Source: an uncultured Candidatus Saccharibacteria bacterium
GTDB taxonomy: Bacteria > Patescibacteriota > Doudnabacteria > UBA920
DNA: 64,000 nt
NCBI GenBank assembly: GCA_964416765.1
Contig: CAYQEU010000002.1
Span: 78,877 to 142,876, forward strand
Reading direction: 5' to 3'
Under the pieces are notes generated by a model that made no database searches, was not told the DNA's origin, and worked only from the letters and a program-made list of their open reading frames with translations. Numbering within the stretch: position 1 is the first letter of the stretch; each line of letters opens with the position of its first letter. This document shows positions 1-7,794 of this stretch, piece by piece. Made by a program: the position numbers and the translations under genes.

Positions 1-591
1 CTTTCCTGGCTTTTCAACAATCTCATCAATTTTAATAGTGCCGTCCTTAACTTCTTCGCCCGCAACATAGCCATAACGGCCGTAGTCCTCGGGATTGAAC
101 GCCTTGATTCCCGCCAGCACCGCGCTACCACCGAATTCTTCGTAAGTACTAATGAGTTGCTCACAGCGTGAAGGACTGGCTTCAAAGAAATCATCACCCC
201 ACAAAACCAGGAAGGGCTCGTCGCCAATTATATGCCTAGCGTTCCAAATTGGGGTGGCGTTGCCCATAGGCCCTTTTTGGCGAAGGAAGTAAAAATTAGC
301 CATGTTGGAGATCCGGCGGATCTCATCCAGTTCCTTTTGCTTTCCGGCCGCTTCCAAACGCTGTTCCAACTCAAAAGGATAGTCAAAATGGTCCTCAATA
401 TTGCGCTTATGCCAGCCACTGACGATGATAATGTCCTGGATGCCTGCCTTAACTGCGTCTTCTACTACGTATTGGATGATAGGCTTATCAACCACGGGCA
501 GCATTTCTTTGGGCTGGGCCTTGGTGGCGGGGAGAAACCGCGTGCCGAACCCGGCTGCCGGGATAATTGCCTTACGGACTTTTTTATTCAT
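1..591 (-). CDS. galU: UTP--glucose-1-phosphate uridylyltransferase (partial, 3' end runs off window start)
   Basis: Not in ORF track. Manual translation from ATG 591 gives MNKKVRKAIIPAAGFGTRFLPATKAQPKEMLPVVDKP..., the GalU signature. Confidence 0.93.
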   Translation of the reverse strand, partial: MNKKVRKAIIPAAGFGTRFLPATKAQPKEMLPVVDKPIIQYVVEDAVKAGIQDIIIVSGWHKRNIEDHFDYPFELEQRLEAAGKQKELDEIRRISNMANFYFLRQKGPMGNATPIWNARHIIGDEPFLVLWGDDFFEASPSRCEQLISTYEEFGGSAVLAGIKAFNPEDYGRYGYVAGEEVKDGTIKIDEIVEKPGK

Positions 592-615
592 GACACTATT
601 ATACAATACTTTCTT

Positions 616-2124
616 TTACTCTCCCAACCGAAAATAAAGGGCTTCGGCGACATGCTCGGCGCCAATTACCTCGCTGCCCGCCAGATCCGCAATAGTGCGG
701 GCGACCTTATGGGTCCTCATTACGGCACGCGCGGACAATAAATACTTTTCCGCCGCTTTTCGCATTAGGTTGCTCCCCGCCTGGTCTAATTTGACAAAGC
801 AATTGATATCATCGTTGCTCATGCGAGAATTTAATTTGCCAATTCCGTACCTTCCCCTTTGCAGCTGCCGGGATTTTACCACACGTTTCCGCACTGTTTC
901 ACTGAAATCTCCCGTTGCTGTCTCCCCACCCATGCTAATTTCCTGAAACTCGACCCTGTTAATTTTTACCCTCAAATCTATCCGGTCCAACAACGGCCCC
1001 GATATTTTTTTCTGGTATCGTACTATTTCACGGGCCGCGCATTGGCACCTCGGGCTTCCATCACCATGGTATCCGCATGGACATGGGTTATACGCCGCAA
1101 CCAGCAAAAATTCGCTGGGGAATTTCACGGTATAGTGTGAGCGCGTTAAATTAACGAACCCTTCTTCAATGGGTTGCCGCATGGATTCCAATACGGTTCT
1201 CGAATATTCCGTAAGTTCATCAAGGAACAAAACACCTCTGTGCGCCAATGTAATTTCTCCCGGTTTTAGAACGGTACCACCGCCCACCATGGTGCTAAAC
1301 GAAGCCGTATGGTGCGGAGCGCGGAAAGGACGCGCGGTACATAGACCGTTCCACTCCCCGGCGACGGACTTGATATTGGTAACCTCCAAAGCTTCGTCCG
1401 CGGAAAGCGACGGCATAATCTTTGCGAGACTTCGTGCCAGCATGGTTTTTCCCGCTCCCGGCGGCCCAGAGAAAATTATATTATGGTTACCAGCGGCAGC
1501 AATTTCCAGCGCGCGTTTCGCAACCAACTGTCCGCCAATATTTTTAAAGTCGATTTCCGCCTCATTGTTGGCTCGCTGCTTATAAATAGAGGTGGGCGCT
1601 GGCGGACTCTCGAACTCAGAATCAAAATTACTAAAAAGTTGTTTTAAGTGGCTCAGCGGAATTACCTTTATGTTCCTTACCAGAAGAGCTTCCTCGTAGT
1701 TGCCCCATGGAACAAATAATTCTTTAAAACCCGCCTGGGCCGCTGCCAATGCCGTGGCAATTACACCGCTAACTTCCTTCACCGCGCCACTCAACGAAAG
1801 TTCCCCAATCAATAAAGGCCGCCGCACACCTTTCAGCGCCAGTTGTTTTGTCGCCACTAAAATACCCACGGCAATAGGCAAATCATAACGGGTGCCCAGT
1901 TTAGGCAAGTGGGCCGGCGCCAGGTTAATTGATATTCTGCTCACCGGATAGCGCATTCCGCTATTCTTTATGGCGGCTTTTACCCGCTCCCTGCTTTCCT
2001 GGACTGAGGTACCGGCCAGCCCCACTATAATAGTGGCGGGTAGACCGTTGGAAGTATCAACTTCCACCTCTATAATCCTCGCTTCCAAACCCAAAACTGC
2101 CGCACTAAAAAAATTAGCCACCAT
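616..2124 (-). CDS. comM: YifB/ComM Mg-chelatase-like AAA+ ATPase
   Basis: VQESRERV, GPPGAGKT, PFRAPHH, GVLFLDE and NPCPCG motifs. Confidence 0.93.
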   Translation of the reverse strand: MVANFFSAAVLGLEARIIEVEVDTSNGLPATIIVGLAGTSVQESRERVKAAIKNSGMRYPVSRISINLAPAHLPKLGTRYDLPIAVGILVATKQLALKGVRRPLLIGELSLSGAVKEVSGVIATALAAAQAGFKELFVPWGNYEEALLVRNIKVIPLSHLKQLFSNFDSEFESPPAPTSIYKQRANNEAEIDFKNIGGQLVAKRALEIAAAGNHNIIFSGPPGAGKTMLARSLAKIMPSLSADEALEVTNIKSVAGEWNGLCTARPFRAPHHTASFSTMVGGGTVLKPGEITLAHRGVLFLDELTEYSRTVLESMRQPIEEGFVNLTRSHYTVKFPSEFLLVAAYNPCPCGYHGDGSPRCQCAAREIVRYQKKISGPLLDRIDLRVKINRVEFQEISMGGETATGDFSETVRKRVVKSRQLQRGRYGIGKLNSRMSNDDINCFVKLDQAGSNLMRKAAEKYLLSARAVMRTHKVARTIADLAGSEVIGAEHVAEALYFRLGE

Positions 2125-2162
2125 AGAGTTAATCTACAGTGGCCTGGATCATACAAAAATAA

Positions 2163-2597
2163 TTATTTTCTAAATCTTTCCTGAAGGCCGGGAAAGAGTT
2201 CGCCGGACAGCAACAGCATGATCCCAATAATTATCATAAAGTCAGCGGCGTTTAAAATTCCGCCGAACAAGTAAATATAATCGCGGACATAGCCGAGCGC
2301 TATTCTCTCCCCCACGTTGGATAGCGCGCCCGCTAAAACCAAGCTCCACGCAAATCGCTGCAAGTTATCCAACCGAGAATTTTGTCTTGCGATAAAAATA
2401 ACAACCGCCGCGAGTACTAAAAAATAAATTGTATAAATCAGCGGCAACGTCAAGCTGATGCTAAACGCAAAATCATAATTGCGAAATGGGTTCTGTACCA
2501 AAAATTTTATTATTTGGTCGAACGCAACCCCAAGCGCGACGAAACCAAAATAAAAACCGAAAAGCGTTTTGTTCTTTTCGGTTAGTTTTAAATCCAT
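2163..2597 (-). CDS. lspA: Lipoprotein signal peptidase II
   Basis: DQIIK, GALSNVGERI, VRDY and NAADF motifs; hydrophobic. Confidence 0.8.
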   Translation of the reverse strand: MDLKLTEKNKTLFGFYFGFVALGVAFDQIIKFLVQNPFRNYDFAFSISLTLPLIYTIYFLVLAAVVIFIARQNSRLDNLQRFAWSLVLAGALSNVGERIALGYVRDYIYLFGGILNAADFMIIIGIMLLLSGELFPGLQERFRK

Positions 2598-2600
2598 AAA

Positions 2601-2906
2601 TTAAATTGCTTTGTCAGCCCAAGGGATGGCGCGCAAACGAGCTTCGGAAATTTCTTTGCCGTCGTCGTCAGTTCCGTAAGTACCATCGGCAATCTTGGCC
2701 AAAGCGGCTTCCACTTTTTCCAAATCTTTTCGCAATACAGCCATGACATCCTGATTTACTTCATCGAGCTGAACTTCCTGCGCGTTCTCTTCGTAATCCT
2801 CGCCAAGTTCAGTATGGCTCTTCAACCCGGAAAGTTCGCGGGTTAATTCTTCTTTCTTGGCTTCTAAAGCCTGCTTCATTTCATCGATAAATTCCTGTGA
2901 TAACAT
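2601..2906 (-). CDS. TraR/DksA-family protein, cysteine-free
   Basis: Coiled coil followed by ALAKIADGTYG..G.EI...RL.AIPWA, with no Zn-binding Cys. Confidence 0.8.
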   Translation of the reverse strand: MLSQEFIDEMKQALEAKKEELTRELSGLKSHTELGEDYEENAQEVQLDEVNQDVMAVLRKDLEKVEAALAKIADGTYGTDDDGKEISEARLRAIPWADKAI

Positions 2907-2960
2907 ATTCGTCGGTTTAATTCCTATACGTCAATTATAACTGCCGCCCAAAAATTTTAC

Positions 2961-3022
2961 AAAAAAAATAAGCGGCCATTAAGGCCCGTATTAAATATTG
3001 TTTAAAGAGGCTAATGGCCGCT
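2961..3022 (-). terminator. Intrinsic terminator ending the candidate ncRNA
   Basis: AGCGGCCATTA/TAATGGCCGCT stem followed by TATTTTTTTT on the minus strand. Confidence 0.75.
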
Positions 3023-3441
3023 CTAGAGCTCGATGCTTGAGCTACCTAACGCCTCACCTGCAGGGCCTTAACCTTTAAGACCCTAAACGTGGGGCATTAG
3101 ACAACATTTTCATCACATCGTGCTTTTCCCGGCCAAGATGGCACAGGGAGCGTCTGAACTTCAATCAGTTTCAAACTGAACTCAAAACTTCCCTTATGGT
3201 CCGAAGACCTAAAAACTTTGTTCTTTTTGTTTTGTTTTTGTTTTTGCAATTTTTGTGCCTTTTGAGGAGGCAAGAACCTACATTTGTTTTTGTTTTTCAG
3301 GCAGCCTGGATTGAAACAGGCTATGACGGAAAGTTAAGAGGAAAAATATACCCAAAACTCGAAGGGTAAAATTGGTTTTCGGTACAGATTTCCTCGGTCC
3401 AGTTTTTTTTATTTTGATTTCAAGGTGCGAATCACTTAACT
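2961..3441 (-). ncRNA. Candidate large structured ncRNA of unknown family
   Basis: No long ORF; many hairpins with G-U pairs and a cUUCGg loop that favour the minus strand; bounded by a promoter and a terminator. Confidence 0.6.
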
Positions 3442-3447
3442 AAGATT

Positions 3448-3476
3448 ATATTACCAGAAATTTGGCCTAATGTCAA
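3448..3476 (-). promoter_or_regulatory. Sigma70-type promoter
   Basis: TTGACA-17 bp-TAATAT with extended TG. Confidence 0.75.
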
Positions 3477-3505
3477 TTATATGGCGTTGCGGTTTTAATT
3501 TTACT

Positions 3506-3619
3506 TGTAAATAAAACACTTTTCGAAGTTGCGGAATTTTTTTGTGAAAAATTTAATTAATTTTCCCAATAAATCCGCGTGTGGATAACTTGTTGAAAAG
3601 GTACTAACTTTGTGGATTA
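3506..3619. promoter_or_regulatory. Cluster of five co-oriented DnaA boxes
   Basis: TGTAAATAA 3506, TGTGAAAAA 3543, TGTGGATAA 3580, TGTTGAAAA 3591, TGTGGATTA 3611; each has 0-1 mismatch to TTWTNCACA. Confidence 0.6.
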
Positions 3620-5832
3620 ATGGTAACAAAAGGTAATTTTTGTAAAGTTTCATACAAGTACCGGTCAGTGTCGTTATGAGGTGCGGCAACATATATCGTT
3701 TTGAGTCCTTCATGCAAACAAGTTTTGAGCATTCGCATGAGTAAGTACGCGTTTAGCACCGCTCCAATGTTGGGGAAACGCGGTTCCCAGTATTCCCGCA
3801 GGGCTTTAACGTAAGGATGGTTTAGATTTTCTTTAGGAAAACCTGTTATGACCATAGTTTTTGGCCGCAGACGTTTGCTTTCCTGGTTAAGCAGCAGCTG
3901 ACCGGTCCCAAGCAAGATACTTTCGGGTTTGATTCCAAAATTACGCAGGATTTTATTGCTACCGCCGGAGTACCCCTGGGCGTAAATGGTTGCGTACTGC
4001 TTTAGAGTGTCATATGTCTTGTTATAAAAGTCTTTGATTTCCTGGGTAGATCCCATGACTACTGCCGCGGGCAGATTCTCCGCACTCAATATATCAACTA
4101 AATTATTTTTATTTAGGTCGAGCGTCTGGAATTGAATGGAAAGTGCTGTTGTTTTACCTTTGTTTTCGCGTTTAAAGCCATCTAAACCTAAGCGCGCCAA
4201 TAAATAGCTCAGTACGGGCTCGCTGAAATCTTCGCTGGCTGACACGCCGACAAACTTATCCATAATCTTTTGGCTCTCCCCCAAGACGTGCAGAGGTTGG
4301 TTATAGAAGGCGCAATTTGTCGGGGTGGTCTCTATCCACTTAATATGGTCGGGGTCTATCTCAAAGAAAGATTTAAGTTTTTCCAGAGGGCGGCGCAATT
4401 CCGGAACATCATAGCCGAAAAACAGGTTGGTAATCTTATTTACGTAATTGTCAGCCGCTTCCCTGATATGGCGATCGGCCCGCGCGTTAAGCGCCAGGTC
4501 ATTTAAACCCACATAGTTATACTGGGCAAAATTTCTCTGTACCGTTAAGTTTACCAAACCGAAAAACAAATCAGTCGCAGTGATGGCCTGGTTTATTATT
4601 TCCATGGGAATACTAAGCTCGTTGGTTTCATTCCACTCCATGCTTCGGATGATATGCAAAAATCTTTGCCAACTTATGCGCCGTTCTTTTCCGGTAGACA
4701 AGTCCCGCTCGAACTCATGCACGCTTGAAAGAATAAGTTGGCGATCGGACAGTTGCGCGTTTTGTGACAGGTATGGCAATGACGGGAAATCCGTGGCGAG
4801 AACTGAGTGATTGTATTCGGGCTGTAGAGGACCCGGGGAAATATAATTTCGGAACTGCCCGCCAAAAAAAGTATGGTTTAAATCCAAAATAGTTTCATGC
4901 TGCCAGTTGGTATATTTCCATACCAAAATTTTTAGCGCGAAACGGATTTCATCCTGTGTTAAGTTCTCGCGCGCAAGGAAACGCTGAAACTTCTCTTCGT
5001 TGAACAAATCAGGCGGGGAGAAAATACCGTGAGCTTTACCCTGGCGCCATAATTCTAAAACTTTATTTTTGTCGGCCACTGCCAAAAGCGTTTTGCTATT
5101 ATCATGACCAACCGGAACTTTAAGTGGCGCAGTACCATAAGAAGCTAACGAAACAGTGTGGTCAGGAAAATCAGACTCGCTGGCCTCCACAAAATTAGAA
5201 AAATGTTTTTCTTCCTCAGTTTTTGTTATAGTTGGTTTGGTGTCCCCATTGAATAAGGGGGCCCATTCAAATCCCGCTGGCGCAACAAGTTTATTAAACT
5301 TTTCTTTTAACTCCTGGGGAAAGGTGTTGAAAGAAGCGATGAATTGCTCCAAAACTTTCACCACGGCAATGCTATCAGCCAAAGCTCGGTGCGCGTCAGG
5401 GTGAGGAATCTGGAAATAGTGCATCAGGTTTTCCAGATTATAGCTATGGTGCGTTGGGAGCATAAACTGCACCAAGTCCAGAGTATCTATAGTGCGGCCG
5501 GACAATTTAATTCCGAACGCTTCAAGAAAAGTGGCGTCTACTGTTATGTTGTGGCCCACTAATATTACATCACGGAGTTTTTCCTGCAGAAATTCACGAA
5601 AGTCGTTGAAGGAGGGTGAAGCGTCTAGCTCCGCCTGGGTTAGTCCCGTTAAGCCCAGGATTTTTGGGTGGACCAAAGAAGTGGGACGGAAAGTTTGGGT
5701 CCACTGCTCGGTTATCTCCAGCCCGGTAGCCGTAGGCTCGAAAATAACAAAACCCACTTCTAAAATGCTGTCCCGAGTGGGGTCGAAGCCGGTAAGTTCC
5801 AGATCTAAACTGCAGTAAAGGGTTTTAGCCAT
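3604..5832 (-). CDS. DEDDh 3'-5' exonuclease fused to a degenerate DinG-like helicase region
   Basis: SLDLELTG, GHNI..D and HRALAD in the N-terminus; the rest is DinG-sized without a Walker A motif. Start placed at MAKTLY, overlapping the upstream stop. Confidence 0.75.
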   Translation of the reverse strand: MAKTLYCSLDLELTGFDPTRDSILEVGFVIFEPTATGLEITEQWTQTFRPTSLVHPKILGLTGLTQAELDASPSFNDFREFLQEKLRDVILVGHNITVDATFLEAFGIKLSGRTIDTLDLVQFMLPTHHSYNLENLMHYFQIPHPDAHRALADSIAVVKVLEQFIASFNTFPQELKEKFNKLVAPAGFEWAPLFNGDTKPTITKTEEEKHFSNFVEASESDFPDHTVSLASYGTAPLKVPVGHDNSKTLLAVADKNKVLELWRQGKAHGIFSPPDLFNEEKFQRFLARENLTQDEIRFALKILVWKYTNWQHETILDLNHTFFGGQFRNYISPGPLQPEYNHSVLATDFPSLPYLSQNAQLSDRQLILSSVHEFERDLSTGKERRISWQRFLHIIRSMEWNETNELSIPMEIINQAITATDLFFGLVNLTVQRNFAQYNYVGLNDLALNARADRHIREAADNYVNKITNLFFGYDVPELRRPLEKLKSFFEIDPDHIKWIETTPTNCAFYNQPLHVLGESQKIMDKFVGVSASEDFSEPVLSYLLARLGLDGFKRENKGKTTALSIQFQTLDLNKNNLVDILSAENLPAAVVMGSTQEIKDFYNKTYDTLKQYATIYAQGYSGGSNKILRNFGIKPESILLGTGQLLLNQESKRLRPKTMVITGFPKENLNHPYVKALREYWEPRFPNIGAVLNAYLLMRMLKTCLHEGLKTIYVAAPHNDTDRYLYETLQKLPFVTINPQS

Positions 5833-6415
5833 TTCGGTGGGTTTTATAATAGTTCCGCCTGCCAATTAACATGAGCACAAACACTCCGTTGGTAAGGATA
5901 AGGGAAGCGGGAAAAAGCCAGGTTGCCAGGCTGTAGGAGCGCAGGGCAAACAGGGAAAAGACATATTTAATCGCGCTGAAGCTATACAGGCTGATGTTCT
6001 CTTCGTTGGGTTTCCGGTATCCTTTACGGTACGTGGGAATGAAACCAATTGCGTCTATTATAGTGACCACAACAACTGAAAAGGTGGGGTCATTGGTAAA
6101 CTTCCACACTATAATAGACAAAAACGCGGCGAGGAGCGTAAACCAGTCAAAACGGTCAAAATGACGAGTACCTTTTTTGAGGGCCAATATGAACACCACT
6201 AAACAGAGCAAAGCGCTGGACCCGACCACCCACGCGCCGATGCCACCGTGCTCAACCAAAGCCGCGGCAAAAGCGGTGCCCGTCAGGAAAGTCCAAACCA
6301 GCCAGGAAAACGCGTGCGGCTTGGTTTCATTTTTCAAGATACTGCGCAAATACGGAACGTAGCTTCCCAGGGAAATCACTATTCCAATAATTCCTAAAAC
6401 ACTTTTGTAGTCCAT
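5825..6415 (-). CDS. Multi-pass membrane protein of unknown function
   Basis: About 6-7 TM segments. Start at MDYK because the upstream extension overlaps a terminator and an RNA element. Confidence 0.75.
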   Translation of the reverse strand: MDYKSVLGIIGIVISLGSYVPYLRSILKNETKPHAFSWLVWTFLTGTAFAAALVEHGGIGAWVVGSSALLCLVVFILALKKGTRHFDRFDWFTLLAAFLSIIVWKFTNDPTFSVVVVTIIDAIGFIPTYRKGYRKPNEENISLYSFSAIKYVFSLFALRSYSLATWLFPASLILTNGVFVLMLIGRRNYYKTHRNG

Positions 6416-6427
6416 GATTATTTTGAA

Positions 6428-6458
6428 AAAATAAAAACCGCCCTTTGTGGTGGCGATT
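6428..6458 (-). terminator. Terminator after the tRNA-like RNA trailer
   Basis: AATCGCC/GGCGGTT stem plus a T-run. Confidence 0.6.
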
Positions 6459-6547
6459 ATTATCCTGAATCCCCGCTTTGCGTGTCGCAATTTACGGATC
6501 AACTTGACGCAATCATCATAACATCAGAGTGTGGTTACGTCAAGGTG

Positions 6548-6618
6548 TGGTGGACCTAAGGGGAATCGAACCCCTGGGGATTCAGTGTCAAGTTGATCCT
6601 CGCGACCGCGCTAGGCCC
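6548..6618 (-). ncRNA. Atypical tRNA-like RNA with Ala acceptor identity (G3:U70, A73, CCA), truncated D region and irregular anticodon arm
   Basis: GGGCCTA/TAGGTCC-ACCA acceptor and AGGGG-TTCGATT-CCCCT T-arm; upstream TGcTACGGT extended -10 at 6629-6637. Confidence 0.75.
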
Positions 6619-6703
6619 CCACGTCCTTACCGTAGCACAGGCATGCTCAAGAAAATCTAAAACAAAAGCGCCCCGCTTATGCGGAGCGCTGTGAATTTTT
6701 GAA

Positions 6704-7777
6704 TTAATCCTGGTCTTCTTCGCCGTCGTCTTCAGCGAGCTTGTTCGGAACCTTTTCGCCACTGGAAATCTTTTCGCGAAGCGCTGTATCAACCTGCTTG
6801 GCGATTTCCGGATTGCCGCGCAGGAAACCTTTCGCGGTTTCGCGGCCAACACCGAACTTCGTTCCCTCAAACGAATATGAGTTGCCGCTCTTATCAATAA
6901 CCCCAAGGGCAAGCCCGGTATCAAGCAAGTCTCCAGCAGCCGAAATTCCTTCGTTGTACATTATGTCGAACTCGGCGACTTTAAACGGCGGAGCGACTTT
7001 GTTCTTAACAATCTTAGCCCGGGTGCGGTTGCCGATAATTTTATCGCCGTCCTTGATTTGGGCAATGCGGCGCACTTCAACGCGCACGGAAGCGTAGAAC
7101 TTCAATGCGTTACCGCCCGTGGTGGTTTCCGGATTGCCGAACATCACGCCAATCTTCATGCGAATCTGGTTGATGAATATAACGGTGGTGTTGCTCTTGG
7201 AAATAATACCAGTGAGTTTGCGCAAAGCCTGGCTCATCAAACGGGCCTGGAGTCCCATGTGGGAAGCGCCCATTTCACCTTCGATTTCCGCACGCGGAGT
7301 TAAAGCAGCCACGGAATCGATAACAATCAAATCCAACGCGTTACTGCGTACCAAAGTTTCCGCGATATCCAGGGCTTGTTCACCGCTATCCGGCTGGGAA
7401 ATCAGTAAATCTTCTAGTTTCACGCCAATTTTACGGGCATAATCCGGGTCTAATGCGTGCTCGGCATCAATAAAGGCCGCCATGCCACCGCGCTTTTGCG
7501 CTTCAGCAATCATGTGCAGGGTAAGGGTGGTTTTGCCGGAACTTTCCGGTCCGTAGATTTCAACGATACGTCCTTTGGGAATCCCGCCAACACCAAGAGC
7601 CAAGTCCAAACTGATGCTCCCGGTTGGGATGCTTTCGACGTTCATGGTATTCACGTCCGAAATTTTCATAATGCTACCGTCACCGAACTTGTCGCGGATC
7701 TGGTCCATGGCGCTTTCGATTGCGCCCAATTTTCCGCTGCCAGCCGGTGCCGCAGCTTTAGCTTTTGCTTTCGCCAT
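6704..7777 (-). CDS. recA: Recombinase RecA
   Basis: [15 protein letters not shown] and GGNALKFY motifs. Confidence 0.99.
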   Translation of the reverse strand: MAKAKAKAAAPAGSGKLGAIESAMDQIRDKFGDGSIMKISDVNTMNVESIPTGSISLDLALGVGGIPKGRIVEIYGPESSGKTTLTLHMIAEAQKRGGMAAFIDAEHALDPDYARKIGVKLEDLLISQPDSGEQALDIAETLVRSNALDLIVIDSVAALTPRAEIEGEMGASHMGLQARLMSQALRKLTGIISKSNTTVIFINQIRMKIGVMFGNPETTTGGNALKFYASVRVEVRRIAQIKDGDKIIGNRTRAKIVKNKVAPPFKVAEFDIMYNEGISAAGDLLDTGLALGVIDKSGNSYSFEGTKFGVGRETAKGFLRGNPEIAKQVDTALREKISSGEKVPNKLAEDDGEEDQD

Positions 7778-7794
7778 TTGTTTCCTTTCTTATC

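Noticed and set aside
232-741. 169-aa plus-strand ORF
   Set aside because: Antisense shadow of galU, which the ORF track missed because it runs off the window edge.
2961-3441. RNase P RNA, SRP RNA or CRISPR array
   Set aside because: GAGGAAAUCUG is not the P4 GAGGAAAGUCC motif and no matching 3' motif is seen; there is no SRP loop and no regularly spaced repeats with spacers.
6416-6502. N-terminal extension of the 5825-6502 ORF running through the RNA trailer
   Set aside because: It has a non-ATG start and crosses a terminator; ATG 6415 is more plausible.
6459-6547. Trailer of the tRNA-like RNA as a hammerhead or HDV-like (theta) ribozyme
   Set aside because: It has CUGAUG but not the CUGANGA/GAAA core, and I could not build an HDV-like double pseudoknot starting at the tRNA end. 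Not excluded without a covariance search.
6548-6618. Ordinary tRNA-Ser(UGA), tRNA-Val(GAC) or a standard/permuted tmRNA
   Set aside because: No canonical D arm or 5-bp anticodon stem, an Ala-type acceptor, both acceptor strands in one short piece, and no tag ORF ending in hydrophobic/Ala residues.
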